59,849 nucleotides of DNA from the IMG/VR virus record IMGVR_UViG_3300027672_000013, positions 1 through 59,849 of that record, one strand, 5' to 3'. The notes under the pieces are model-generated. The model was not told where the DNA came from, ran no database searches, and saw only the letters and a list, made by a program, of their open reading frames with translations. Positions 51,510 to 59,849 of this stretch are shown piece after piece. This stretch comes from a virus (Duplodnaviria > Caudoviricetes). The first letter of the stretch is position 1; the number at the start of each line of letters is the position of its first letter. Made by a program: the position numbers and the translations under genes.

Positions 51510-53942
51510 CTAGCGTGGACTAAATTCAGCCAAGTCAAAGCCATCTAGACTATCCTCATTGGATTCAAATGAAACCGCAGGTAAATTGTTCTTTCGTTGA
51601 TTTATAAGCTTAGACTGTTGAGTGTTCTGCTGACTAATGCGGTCAGACTTAGCCGTCTCTCTTTGGTCTTCACGAGTTTGTATCTGAGACTCTACAATAT
51701 CCTTCAACTGCATCTGATAATTAAACTCTTCAGCCATTAACTGACTCTTAAGCTTAGCCTCTGCTTGTTGCTTTTCAATTTCAAAAGCAATCTCAGCCTG
51801 CTTAAGCTGCATCTTGCCTTGAAGCTCCATCTGCATCTTCTCCATCTGACCTTGTTGCGCTGCTTGCTGCGATTGAAGGTTTTGTTGAGCCTGAACTGCC
51901 TGCTGCTGCATAGCCATCCGCTCCTCACGGTCTTGCTTAGCAATTCTCTTAACTTTTAAAAACTGATTGGCAAGTTTAAGATTCTTAATCTCTCGAATAT
52001 CAATAGCATCCTCAAGATTAATGTCTCCTTTAGAAAGAGCCATCTGAATGTTTTGCTCAAGCTGTGCTTTTTGTTCTTCGTCAGGAGTTACCTCAATAAA
52101 GATTCCGAAATCGTAGATATACAAGTCGTTCATGTCTCGTAAGACAGCAACGTTATACTTTCCAATCTGATTTATAAATTGGTCTTTAAAGTCAGCATAT
52201 TCAAGGATGTCTCCTATTCTATAGGTAAGGCTTTCGGCTATAGTTCGGAACATATACAGGCTACCATCAAGGATATGACGGGTTGCTGTATTAGAATTAA
52301 GTGCTGCTAGTTTCTGAACACCTACAAGTGAGTTGGGGTCAGGCGTAGAGCCATCTCTAGCTTCATTAAGACCCGTAACATCACGAATCATCTGAAGATA
52401 GTGGTTCATATTTTGAACTAACATCTGAGCCTTACCTGAAGCGCTGCTTGATGTAAGTTGCTGAATAGGGATACGCCCTTGGTTATACTCTCCCTCCTGA
52501 GTATAGCTTCTTCCAATTACACTACCCGTTTGAAAAAATAAACGAAGAGCATCTGATGGATTATAAGCGTTCCCCGTTCCCAAGTCTACTTCATTAAGAC
52601 CATCAGCGTCAATGTAGACACCATCAGGGACTGTCCTAGAAATAACCTGCTGAAGTTTAAGGTGAGTAATCTGAATTAAATCAGCAAATGGAATCATACG
52701 CCGAGTTAAAGATTCAATCACTCCCTTGTACATACGAGGAGCTACAGCTGTATAATTAGAAAGGGCATGTTGAGACGCAGACTTAGGACGAACCATATTT
52801 TCTGCCATCTCCCACTTAAGAACAATATTAGTTCCCATAACCATAACCCCATCATACCAAACATCAATGGTTTTCTCAAGCTTCTCAAACTTACCATCAT
52901 CCATCATCTCCTGAGGAGGATTGAATTGGTCGTCCTTCTCAATGACTCGTTTATTGTCTCCATCTACCTTCTTCTTATAGACAATCTTTTTAGTTGTCTT
53001 ATAGTTGAAGTACATAAGGGTAGTGGTATCTCTATAAAAGATATCATTGTCATAGTACTGAGCTACATTATAATAGTCATACCAACTCTGCCCTGATTTA
53101 GAAATAACCTCTAAGTCTTCCTTAGTTAAACTAGGGTCAATTTTTATAAGGTCGTTAATTGGAACAGTTTTAATTTCTCCCCAATAAAAACAATCCGTAA
53201 AGTGAGGGTCTTCGGTATAGCTGTATACCACGTTGGCCGGGTCTACATACTTTACTTCTACACCGCTTCCCTTTAAGAATTCAGTTTTAGCAACTGATAT
53301 ACCTATAACAGTTAGGTCATAGTCAAGACGCTTACGAAGGTCATGGTAATGATTCTCTTCAAGAATAGTATTGATAGCCTCCTCTTCTGCAATCTCAATA
53401 GCGGGCTTATACTTAAGCTGCATGAACAGCTGAAGCTCTTCATCAGAGTTAGGCAATTCATCAGACGGAACTACAAATGGGTCTACACCGCTTTTCTGTT
53501 GAATATTTTCAAGAAAGGGTTTAGCAACCATTTGACTTTCAATCAAATCTTGAAATGCACTTCGTCTAGATTGAGACAGTGCATCTTGAGATTGAGCCTT
53601 AACCTTAAAAAGACGCTCTGACATTCCGTTAACGACAATGTCAACGAACTTAGGGAGAATAGGAACAGGAGTCCAATCAAGATTTAAATAAGATAGGTCA
53701 CCATCAACAGCTAATTCATTTTTATATTTCGCAACCGATTGCTCTCCACGAGCATACAACCGTAAGCGATGAAAGTCTCGCCATTGACTGTAAAACCTGC
53801 ATTGATTTCCATCTTTTTTAAACCATTCGTACTGAATAGCTTGACCTATCTGCAGGCCAAATTCATCAGTGGCTTTTTCCGCATCTGATACAAACTGACT
53901 TGGAAAGCCTGTAGATGAAATATTTATAGTTACTTCCTTCAT
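51510..53942 (-). CDS. Portal protein
   Basis: 810 aa after the terminase; PILPKFVDIVVNG, TGLNEARDG and a Q-rich C-terminal coiled coil. Confidence 0.8.
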   Translation of the reverse strand: MKEVTINISSTGFPSQFVSDAEKATDEFGLQIGQAIQYEWFKKDGNQCRFYSQWRDFHRLRLYARGEQSVAKYKNELAVDGDLSYLNLDWTPVPILPKFVDIVVNGMSERLFKVKAQSQDALSQSRRSAFQDLIESQMVAKPFLENIQQKSGVDPFVVPSDELPNSDEELQLFMQLKYKPAIEIAEEEAINTILEENHYHDLRKRLDYDLTVIGISVAKTEFLKGSGVEVKYVDPANVVYSYTEDPHFTDCFYWGEIKTVPINDLIKIDPSLTKEDLEVISKSGQSWYDYYNVAQYYDNDIFYRDTTTLMYFNYKTTKKIVYKKKVDGDNKRVIEKDDQFNPPQEMMDDGKFEKLEKTIDVWYDGVMVMGTNIVLKWEMAENMVRPKSASQHALSNYTAVAPRMYKGVIESLTRRMIPFADLIQITHLKLQQVISRTVPDGVYIDADGLNEVDLGTGNAYNPSDALRLFFQTGSVIGRSYTQEGEYNQGRIPIQQLTSSSASGKAQMLVQNMNHYLQMIRDVTGLNEARDGSTPDPNSLVGVQKLAALNSNTATRHILDGSLYMFRTIAESLTYRIGDILEYADFKDQFINQIGKYNVAVLRDMNDLYIYDFGIFIEVTPDEEQKAQLEQNIQMALSKGDINLEDAIDIREIKNLKLANQFLKVKRIAKQDREERMAMQQQAVQAQQNLQSQQAAQQGQMEKMQMELQGKMQLKQAEIAFEIEKQQAEAKLKSQLMAEEFNYQMQLKDIVESQIQTREDQRETAKSDRISQQNTQQSKLINQRKNNLPAVSFESNEDSLDGFDLAEFSPR

Positions 53943-56173
53943 CGTATTATCTCGCTTGTCGTTCCATTGTTAGTGTACCGAGCGAAGTTAACGCTAATTT
54001 TTCTTTGTTTTTGTTGCGGCAAATACAGGTGTTTTTGGTTTGCCATAATTGCTAATCCGGAACTAATTGTAGCGTCAAACGCAGTACGATTATTAATATC
54101 AAACTTTGCCCAATCCTCAAGTGTTCTTACAAAAGGCATCATACCCATTTCATCAGACTCTCTGAAAGTTCCCTCTAAATCAATGCCTACATGCTTCTCA
54201 ATATAAGATTCTATAGCTGATGCATGAGCCTGTTTTACGTCTTCGCTTGAGTTAGGAATTCCACCCAACTCTTTTTCTGTCTTAGATAATTTTATAAATG
54301 GCTTATCAGGGCGGTTCATACAGAAACCCCTGTATCCTCTGTTCTTAAAGTGGTAAAGAAGTCTAGGTTTGTTGTTCTCAATTAGGATAGGCATGCCATA
54401 AAACACACAGGCCATTAAGACATCCTCAAAGAAAATCTCAGCGGTCTGAGGACGAGCGACATACTCTAGGAAAAATTCATTACTTGGAGCATCTTCCATG
54501 CTAAATTTAGTAAGACCATGAAGAGCACCGTTAGAACCTCCTCCACCTACTACGCCTGATATATCATAAGAGTCACACCCTAAAGCTCCTATGTGTTCAT
54601 TAGCCGGATACTTTACGCCATGCTTATCAATCATTTTATTTTGCAAGTTCTTATTCGGAGTCCACGAAATATAAAATCTTCCGCGTTTATCAGGATAGAA
54701 CTGAACCTTTGTGTCTTTTTGACCATCCTTCCAACCGAACGACCCCCTAGTTACGTAATGGTCCCGTATTAAAGATTCCGAATAATCAAGCTGCTGATAA
54801 ATCTTAGTGAGATTAAACAATGAAGATTTACTTTCATCTCTAAAAGCATGCGACTCAGTTCTAGGAAACTGTCTATAAAACTCATTAAGCGCATCAGGGT
54901 CATCTTTCAAAGACGCTACTTCAGCATCCCAATAATCTATAGCTCCATTTTTAATGTACCTATCATCAATACCTCGTATAGGTTTCAAAGGAGCCTTTAA
55001 TACCGGATGCCCATATCGGTCAATAAAACCCTCCATGTTGTACTCCATAGGAATAAACAAAGAGTACATACCGCTTTTGGTTTGACCGTTTGCGTTTCGA
55101 GTATTAATATCAGAGTCTTCGTAAAGCTTTTTAAAATTACCACCTCCTTTATTTAAAGCGTTAGAGGTAGACCCCATCATACATTTTCCAATAATCCTGC
55201 TACCCAATCGGAGACAGGTTTTAGTTACCCTCCAATTATTTTGAATGTTGTTTGGCTTAATCCACTTACCACTCTCATCGTGAACTAAAAGCAAAAGCTT
55301 TTCTCCATCGTAAGAGTTATCATCTGTGTTCTTCCAATCAATGGTAGTATCAAGACCATCAAGGTCCTCTGATGCCACTACGTGCATATTTTTTTTGGTA
55401 ATCTTAGAAGCAGGAATTCTAAATGCTAACTCCGTCTTTGGCTTATCCATACCGTCTTGAATAGGCTTAAAGAAAAAAGGAAGTCTATTAGCAATAGGAA
55501 CCACCTTATCAGTAAACATCTTCTTAGCATCTGACCCCGTCTTAGATAAAATACCTACCCTTGAATCTTTAGCTAATGTCCCTGTGTTTACACATTCAGA
55601 TGAACCCATAAAGGAAAAACCTGAACGCCTAATTTTTAAATAAGACATACCGAAAGACCTCTCATCCGCCTTACATGCTTCCCAAAAAATATAGAATATT
55701 CGGTTCGCCTCTCTAAAGTCAGGATATCCAACATCAATGGATGCCCACTGTAAATAAATATAGTGAGCGCCCGTCATATAAGTAGGTATGCCTTTATTCA
55801 AAAACCAATGCCCATTTTCTCTTGAGTCAAACTCAGCTTCAATGTAATCTATCCATTCATTCTTAAATGGAGATGGCATTTCATTCCATTGAAATATAGA
55901 TTGAATTCGCTGCAGCGGTTTAGGTAGCTCATGTCGAATCCAATAATCCGGTTCTTTAGATAACTCTTTAGGAGTCGGAGGCAAAGCAATATCTAATCCT
56001 GAGATATTAATAACATCTCCAATCTGTCCTGTCTTAGATATAACAACAACCTGATACTTTTCATTATAACCATACGCCCATGTCTTTGCACGGTTTTTAT
56101 TAACAAGTACAGACTTGGGAATAAATCCCGGCTTAGGGATATAAAGGTTATTTTCTTGCTCGTTGTTCTGCAA
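53939..56173 (-). CDS. terL: Terminase large subunit
   Basis: LKIRRSGFS (Walker A-like), LLVHDESGK (Walker B), GSTSN, GCDSYD nuclease, ENNK and FDATIS motifs. Confidence 0.85.
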   Translation of the reverse strand: MQNNEQENNLYIPKPGFIPKSVLVNKNRAKTWAYGYNEKYQVVVISKTGQIGDVINISGLDIALPPTPKELSKEPDYWIRHELPKPLQRIQSIFQWNEMPSPFKNEWIDYIEAEFDSRENGHWFLNKGIPTYMTGAHYIYLQWASIDVGYPDFREANRIFYIFWEACKADERSFGMSYLKIRRSGFSFMGSSECVNTGTLAKDSRVGILSKTGSDAKKMFTDKVVPIANRLPFFFKPIQDGMDKPKTELAFRIPASKITKKNMHVVASEDLDGLDTTIDWKNTDDNSYDGEKLLLLVHDESGKWIKPNNIQNNWRVTKTCLRLGSRIIGKCMMGSTSNALNKGGGNFKKLYEDSDINTRNANGQTKSGMYSLFIPMEYNMEGFIDRYGHPVLKAPLKPIRGIDDRYIKNGAIDYWDAEVASLKDDPDALNEFYRQFPRTESHAFRDESKSSLFNLTKIYQQLDYSESLIRDHYVTRGSFGWKDGQKDTKVQFYPDKRGRFYISWTPNKNLQNKMIDKHGVKYPANEHIGALGCDSYDISGVVGGGGSNGALHGLTKFSMEDAPSNEFFLEYVARPQTAEIFFEDVLMACVFYGMPILIENNKPRLLYHFKNRGYRGFCMNRPDKPFIKLSKTEKELGGIPNSSEDVKQAHASAIESYIEKHVGIDLEGTFRESDEMGMMPFVRTLEDWAKFDINNRTAFDATISSGLAIMANQKHLYLPQQKQRKISVNFARYTNNGTTSEIIR

Positions 56174-56432
56174 ATCCTTGTTTACTATCGGTTCTACTTG
56201 AATCTCTGCTAAGCAAGTTAAGCTCTTCCTGCTCTGATTCTATCTTGTTTAAGATATCAAAGGCATCAAAAATGCAAAGCTTCTTAGTAGCTGCTGCATT
56301 TTTTAATTTGTCAGCCGCTAATTCATCCTCTGCGTCAGGCTTAATAATATCTTCTTTAGCAACTTTTATTAGCTGCTCTACTGCAGTATAACCTGCAGCA
56401 ATTACCTGTGCTTTTAGTTCTGAAGAATTCAT
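56148..56432 (-). CDS. Helical protein, possible terminase small subunit
   Basis: 94 aa overlapping the terL start; called from position only. Confidence 0.45.
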   Translation of the reverse strand: MNSSELKAQVIAAGYTAVEQLIKVAKEDIIKPDAEDELAADKLKNAAATKKLCIFDAFDILNKIESEQEELNLLSRDSSRTDSKQGFAEQRARK

Positions 56433-56992
56433 AAAGAGAAAGCAATTTGGTGGTCGTACATACGGTAAAGCTTTTCTCCATCTACAGTAAACTCATACTC
56501 TGAATCCGGAGTAAAAGAAACTTTAGTTCCTTCAACTATTCCTTCTTTTAAAAGATATTCATTGGGGTATTTCATTACACCCATTAATGGCTCTTCTGAT
56601 GTAGGTCGAAATATAGAAGAGTCTTCAGGAGGAACAGGTTTTACAAAACAATATCGATTATGCGGGTGCCACTTATCGTCTTGCTTGTACATAAAAAATT
56701 GGTCATCATCAATTAAGAAAAGCTCTTCCCATAAATGACTTTTACCGCTACGTCTCTTTCCTGAGATATCATTATAAAACTTAAATACATTATGATGAAC
56801 AAGAAGAATATCTCCTGTTTTTATTGGCCCATCATATTCTAACGGAACTTCCTTTACTACAGCAAAACGATTAGCGGCATGGTGATTTTCTTCAGATGTA
56901 CTTGTTACAACTTCTACATCACCCATAATCTTTGTATTGTCATAACGTCTTTCCCCAAAAGGGAAAGCTATAAAACAAGTTGGAGAACGCAT
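56429..56992 (-). CDS. Tandem GroES-like domain protein
   Basis: AVV..VP...IKTGDILLV and HNRYCFVKP...EGTKVSF...EFTVDGEKLYRM resemble two GroES folds. Confidence 0.55.
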   Translation of the reverse strand: MRSPTCFIAFPFGERRYDNTKIMGDVEVVTSTSEENHHAANRFAVVKEVPLEYDGPIKTGDILLVHHNVFKFYNDISGKRRSGKSHLWEELFLIDDDQFFMYKQDDKWHPHNRYCFVKPVPPEDSSIFRPTSEEPLMGVMKYPNEYLLKEGIVEGTKVSFTPDSEYEFTVDGEKLYRMYDHQIAFSL

Positions 56993-57222
56993 TAAATATT
57001 AAGATTGTATTCTATAGAGACGGGCATAGTTTGACGAAACTCTTTCCATAGAAAGACCTCCGCTCCTTTCTCAATCCAAATAAGAATTGAAGATGTAACA
57101 TCCTCCTGCCTAATATGATGAATGGTATATGCACCACTCAATACCTCTTGTCCTACGATATAGTGCATAGCACCACCCTTGTAGTCCGACCCAATTGATA
57201 TTTTACGGATATCGCGGGCCAT
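56992..57222 (-). CDS. Hypothetical protein
   Basis: 76 aa; IRKISIGSDYK..AMHY.VGQ. Confidence 0.7.
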   Translation of the reverse strand: MARDIRKISIGSDYKGGAMHYIVGQEVLSGAYTIHHIRQEDVTSSILIWIEKGAEVFLWKEFRQTMPVSIEYNLNI

Positions 57223-57765
57223 CTATCTCACCGCAACAACGGTTGCGTTAACATTGCCCACTATCACACTAAAGGAAGTATTAGAGCTTAAGAACACTTC
57301 AAAGTAATCAGCTGTTGTGGCAGTCTGAATAGTCTGAATAGTAGTGGATTTAGAATCTGTTGCCGAAATAGTCTGCTCGGTATCAGCCAAAGCAACTCCA
57401 TTCTTATAAAGAATAAAATTGATGGCAGGAGAACCCGCGACAGCCTCCGTAGAGACTACAACAGTAATAAGGAAGAGGTTGGTAGTAGCAGGAGTTCCCG
57501 AATCAGAATAAGTTAAACGATTAGTTGCTGCCGCCCACTTAGAAGCTGACCCCTGAGTGTAAACATTAGCAAGAATTACAGGACTACCTGCGAGTACAGT
57601 GGTAGTGCGAGTAGTAGAATACCCATTGAGATGACCGGAACTCAGGGCAAAAATGCTTCCAATAGTATAGTTCTTGGTAGCATCGAGATTATCAGCATCA
57701 GTTCCGATTACAAAATCAGCAAGACTGATAGCAGCATCAACAGGGTATGTACTAATCTTAGCCAT
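57223..57765 (-). CDS. Fibre-associated structural protein
   Basis: N-terminus MAKISTYP...IGTD...TKNYT is paralogous to 2734..3459; beta-rich C-terminal domain. Confidence 0.6.
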   Translation of the reverse strand: MAKISTYPVDAAISLADFVIGTDADNLDATKNYTIGSIFALSSGHLNGYSTTRTTTVLAGSPVILANVYTQGSASKWAAATNRLTYSDSGTPATTNLFLITVVVSTEAVAGSPAINFILYKNGVALADTEQTISATDSKSTTIQTIQTATTADYFEVFLSSNTSFSVIVGNVNATVVAVR

Positions 57766-57766
57766 C

Positions 57767-58012
57767 TTATTCTTTTGGTGTTATTGCTCCGGTTTCAATA
57801 TTCAAAGTAATATCTACCCCATACTTTTCAGTGATAGATTTTTCTACTTCCGCGAATTTATTCTTTAGAGAACTCATGTTTAAAAGCATCTCTGCCTTTG
57901 CCAACACGTTGTCTGCAAGCTGAAGCTTAGCTTGGTTAACTTCTTGAAGCGACTCCCGCAAATTCTTAAGTTCGTCGGGAGTAAGCGCGGTGGGCTGATT
58001 TTTCTTAGCCAT
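57767..58012 (-). CDS. Small coiled-coil protein
   Basis: 81 aa ending EKYG...LNIETG; TATATTTG upstream at 58035-58042. Confidence 0.7.
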   Translation of the reverse strand: MAKKNQPTALTPDELKNLRESLQEVNQAKLQLADNVLAKAEMLLNMSSLKNKFAEVEKSITEKYGVDITLNIETGAITPKE

Positions 58013-58081
58013 AGTAAATTAAATTAGATTGGTTCAAATATAAGAATCTTCTGTAAATACTGACGTAATAAAAACAAGTTA

Positions 58082-58255
58082 CTACATAAGCGACTCAATA
58101 GTTTCTATGTCCCTAGGCGTTAACCCGTCCTCATCATGACTTAATTGCATACCCGTAGCCACCGCTTCTGAATAATTTCCGAGTACGTGGTTAATAAATA
58201 ACTCCGCACCCGTAACCGCAATAACATCATCGACTTGTTGTTGTGTATACCGCAT
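58082..58255 (-). CDS. Hypothetical protein (57 aa)
   Basis: Manual translation MRYTQQQVDDVIAVTGAELFINHVLGNYSE...; TAATG coupling to 58255. Confidence 0.65.
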   Translation of the reverse strand: MRYTQQQVDDVIAVTGAELFINHVLGNYSEAVATGMQLSHDEDGLTPRDIETIESLM

Positions 58256-59106
58256 TATCCAAAGGTTTGAGTGGTATTTTCTATTATTCCAAAAATTCCA
58301 TAATCCGTTTCTTCCCCTGAAAATGCTCCTGTGTCACTGCCTTTTAAGCTAAAAAAAGAAGCGTCAGTTTGGCTATTAAACTTAACAACCATGCTCTCTA
58401 TAATGGGTTTATTAGAATATGTTCCCGACTCCCAATGTATTTGCCACCAATTATTTGCTGCACTCGTACCCAAAGCCCACCACATACTATTGGTTGAACT
58501 ATCACATGCTTTAAACGGTGCATAAGTTGCACTATAAAAATGACCCGCATTTACAACAATACCCGTTTCACTTGTGTTTGATGTAAGGTTAGTAGTAGGG
58601 TATTTTGTTCCGGTTCCTCCGGCTGCTGTCCAAAATCTAATCTCACTTATAGCTAAGCGAGCAGAGGTATCTGCGCCCGCTGAGGTAACACCTCGAACTC
58701 TAAGATATCTGTTTTGAACATTAGAGGGTGTATAGGTTCCGGTAGCAGCTGCGCTTTGAATTTTATCCCCAAACTCCTGAGCCTTAACACTAACTGTTCT
58801 TTGTGAGGTAGAGGAGTTTGAATCCACAAAGGTCAATAAACTCCCAATGTGGTTACTCGATGAATCTAACTCCCTAGTAACAGAACTATCTAATACAGTA
58901 ACCGTACCTCCCGCTTTAGATTGTACCGAATAATTAGGGTTGGTGTAGGAACTCGCGTTGGTTACCGTAATAGAAATTGCACCAAAAGTTCCACCCTCTA
59001 CAGATATAGTAGGTGTTGGCAATGTTGCACTACCACCACCCTGAGTAGTGAAGAATCCATCGATTCCATTTATGTCTGTTGTCGAAACTCCTGATATACT
59101 TGCCAT
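58255..59106 (-). CDS. Structural protein with a discoidin/carbohydrate-binding-like domain
   Basis: RYLRV...ISEIRF, PFKACD..TNSMW, WWQI and LKGSD motifs. Confidence 0.55.
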   Translation of the reverse strand: MASISGVSTTDINGIDGFFTTQGGGSATLPTPTISVEGGTFGAISITVTNASSYTNPNYSVQSKAGGTVTVLDSSVTRELDSSSNHIGSLLTFVDSNSSTSQRTVSVKAQEFGDKIQSAAATGTYTPSNVQNRYLRVRGVTSAGADTSARLAISEIRFWTAAGGTGTKYPTTNLTSNTSETGIVVNAGHFYSATYAPFKACDSSTNSMWWALGTSAANNWWQIHWESGTYSNKPIIESMVVKFNSQTDASFFSLKGSDTGAFSGEETDYGIFGIIENTTQTFG

Positions 59107-59108
59107 GA

Positions 59109-59849
59109 TTAACTAATTTCAATCCAATCCCTAGAGGGATTAAAGTATACTTTATTTGTGCCAACCTTGTGGCCCACAACTCTAACTACATTGCCTGTAG
59201 TAAATCCACTTACATCATCAGTTAACGCACCCGCCGTTGTGTCTAGATATATTACATCTCCAATGCTTCCTCCGGGGTCATTATTTAAATATACAACTCC
59301 ATCCATAAGTAGAGGGTCACCTGAAGTTCCTGATGTAGCCACACCCAAAAGACCTGTAGATAATAAGCTAACAGATGAAGCATTAGATGTAGTCCATCCA
59401 CCTGAAGTAAGGGCGTGTACCCTTCCTGCGGCAAGAGTCTGACTTCCAAACTCTAACACACGACCACCTCTACCATTAGCACCTGCAGATGAGGCAGTAG
59501 ATGTATCTAACTTTATCTGACGCATATAAAGGACGCTCGCGTTACCCCCTATTATATTTCCGGTTATGTCTAAATCAGTTCCGTCCCACGTCAGATTAGC
59601 ATCAGCGCCAAACGCACCTGAATCATTAAATTGTATTTGAGTGTTGCTGCCTGCAGGTGTCCCCCCTCCTCCTGCTGCAATCCAATTCGTTCCGCTGCCT
59701 GTACTCGAAAGAACCTGACCGCTTGTACCAAGGTCACCGGAGCTATCCTTGAATCCGCCTGTAACCTCTATATCCCCCGTAATCTTAACGCCTGAACTTA
59801 GGGTCTCAAACTTTTTTACATTACCAAAACGGATTTCAGTGGCTCCGCT
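59109..59849 (-). CDS. 3' part of the same junction-spanning tail fibre-like gene
   Basis: The frame is open from the window end to the stop at 59109; the track's M59525 is an internal Met. Confidence 0.8.
   Translation of the reverse strand, partial: SGATEIRFGNVKKFETLSSGVKITGDIEVTGGFKDSSGDLGTSGQVLSSTGSGTNWIAAGGGGTPAGSNTQIQFNDSGAFGADANLTWDGTDLDITGNIIGGNASVLYMRQIKLDTSTASSAGANGRGGRVLEFGSQTLAAGRVHALTSGGWTTSNASSVSLLSTGLLGVATSGTSGDPLLMDGVVYLNNDPGGSIGDVIYLDTTAGALTDDVSGFTTGNVVRVVGHKVGTNKVYFNPSRDWIEIS
59379..59849. repeat. Terminal direct repeat, right copy
   Basis: Matches 1-471 with 5 mismatches. Confidence 0.97.

Noticed and set aside
25824-59442. Many short + strand ORFs in the track within the structural block, and - strand ORFs within the early block
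   Set aside because: They are antisense shadows of long, motif-bearing genes and lack leaders or coupling.
59379-59849. Repeat as the physical direct terminal repeat of the virion DNA
   Set aside because: It falls mid-gene and the copies differ; an assembly overlap or circular permutation is more likely.
1-59849. Stop-codon reassignment or a diversity-generating retroelement
   Set aside because: Long genes are intact in the standard code with TAA, TAG and TGA all used as stops; there is no reverse transcriptase, and the end-repeat mismatches do not form a template/variable repeat pair.

Overview
This looks like a complete, circularly closed ~59.4 kb dsDNA tailed-phage genome: bases 1-471 recur at 59379-59849 with 5 mismatches. 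The host is probably a Bacteroidota (likely flavobacterial) cell, judged from many TAnnTTTG (-7) promoter elements and a VirE-N/BT4734-type primase-helicase. The + strand (10.4-25.4 kb) holds early and replication genes: small unknown ORFs, a putative amidoligase, a class II glutamine amidotransferase-gamma-glutamylcyclotransferase fusion, a Sak3-like annealase, a PD-(D/E)XK exonuclease, primase-helicase, SF2 helicase, VRR-NUC and two DnaA domain IV-like proteins. The - strand holds podovirus-like structural genes (terminase, portal, scaffold, capsid, tail, a 3598-aa HExxH-containing probable ejection protein, fibres), 11 tiny basic proteins and phage GroEL/GroES. The most striking non-coding features are: (i) three hammerhead ribozymes (two type I, one type III) between consecutive early genes, in a repeated layout of stop codon, optional palindrome, ribozyme and, for the first two, an AATCTCTCTCTC-ATG leader; the first two could excise a 759-nt single-gene RNA that can circularise; (ii) 13 dispersed GGGGGTTYRAACCCCC-type palindromes; (iii) an AATTAGACAAT box inside early promoters; (iv) a duplicated origin-like element. 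No DNA polymerase, RNA polymerase, integrase, tRNA, CRISPR array or endolysin was recognised. All protein calls come from motif recognition by eye, not database searches.
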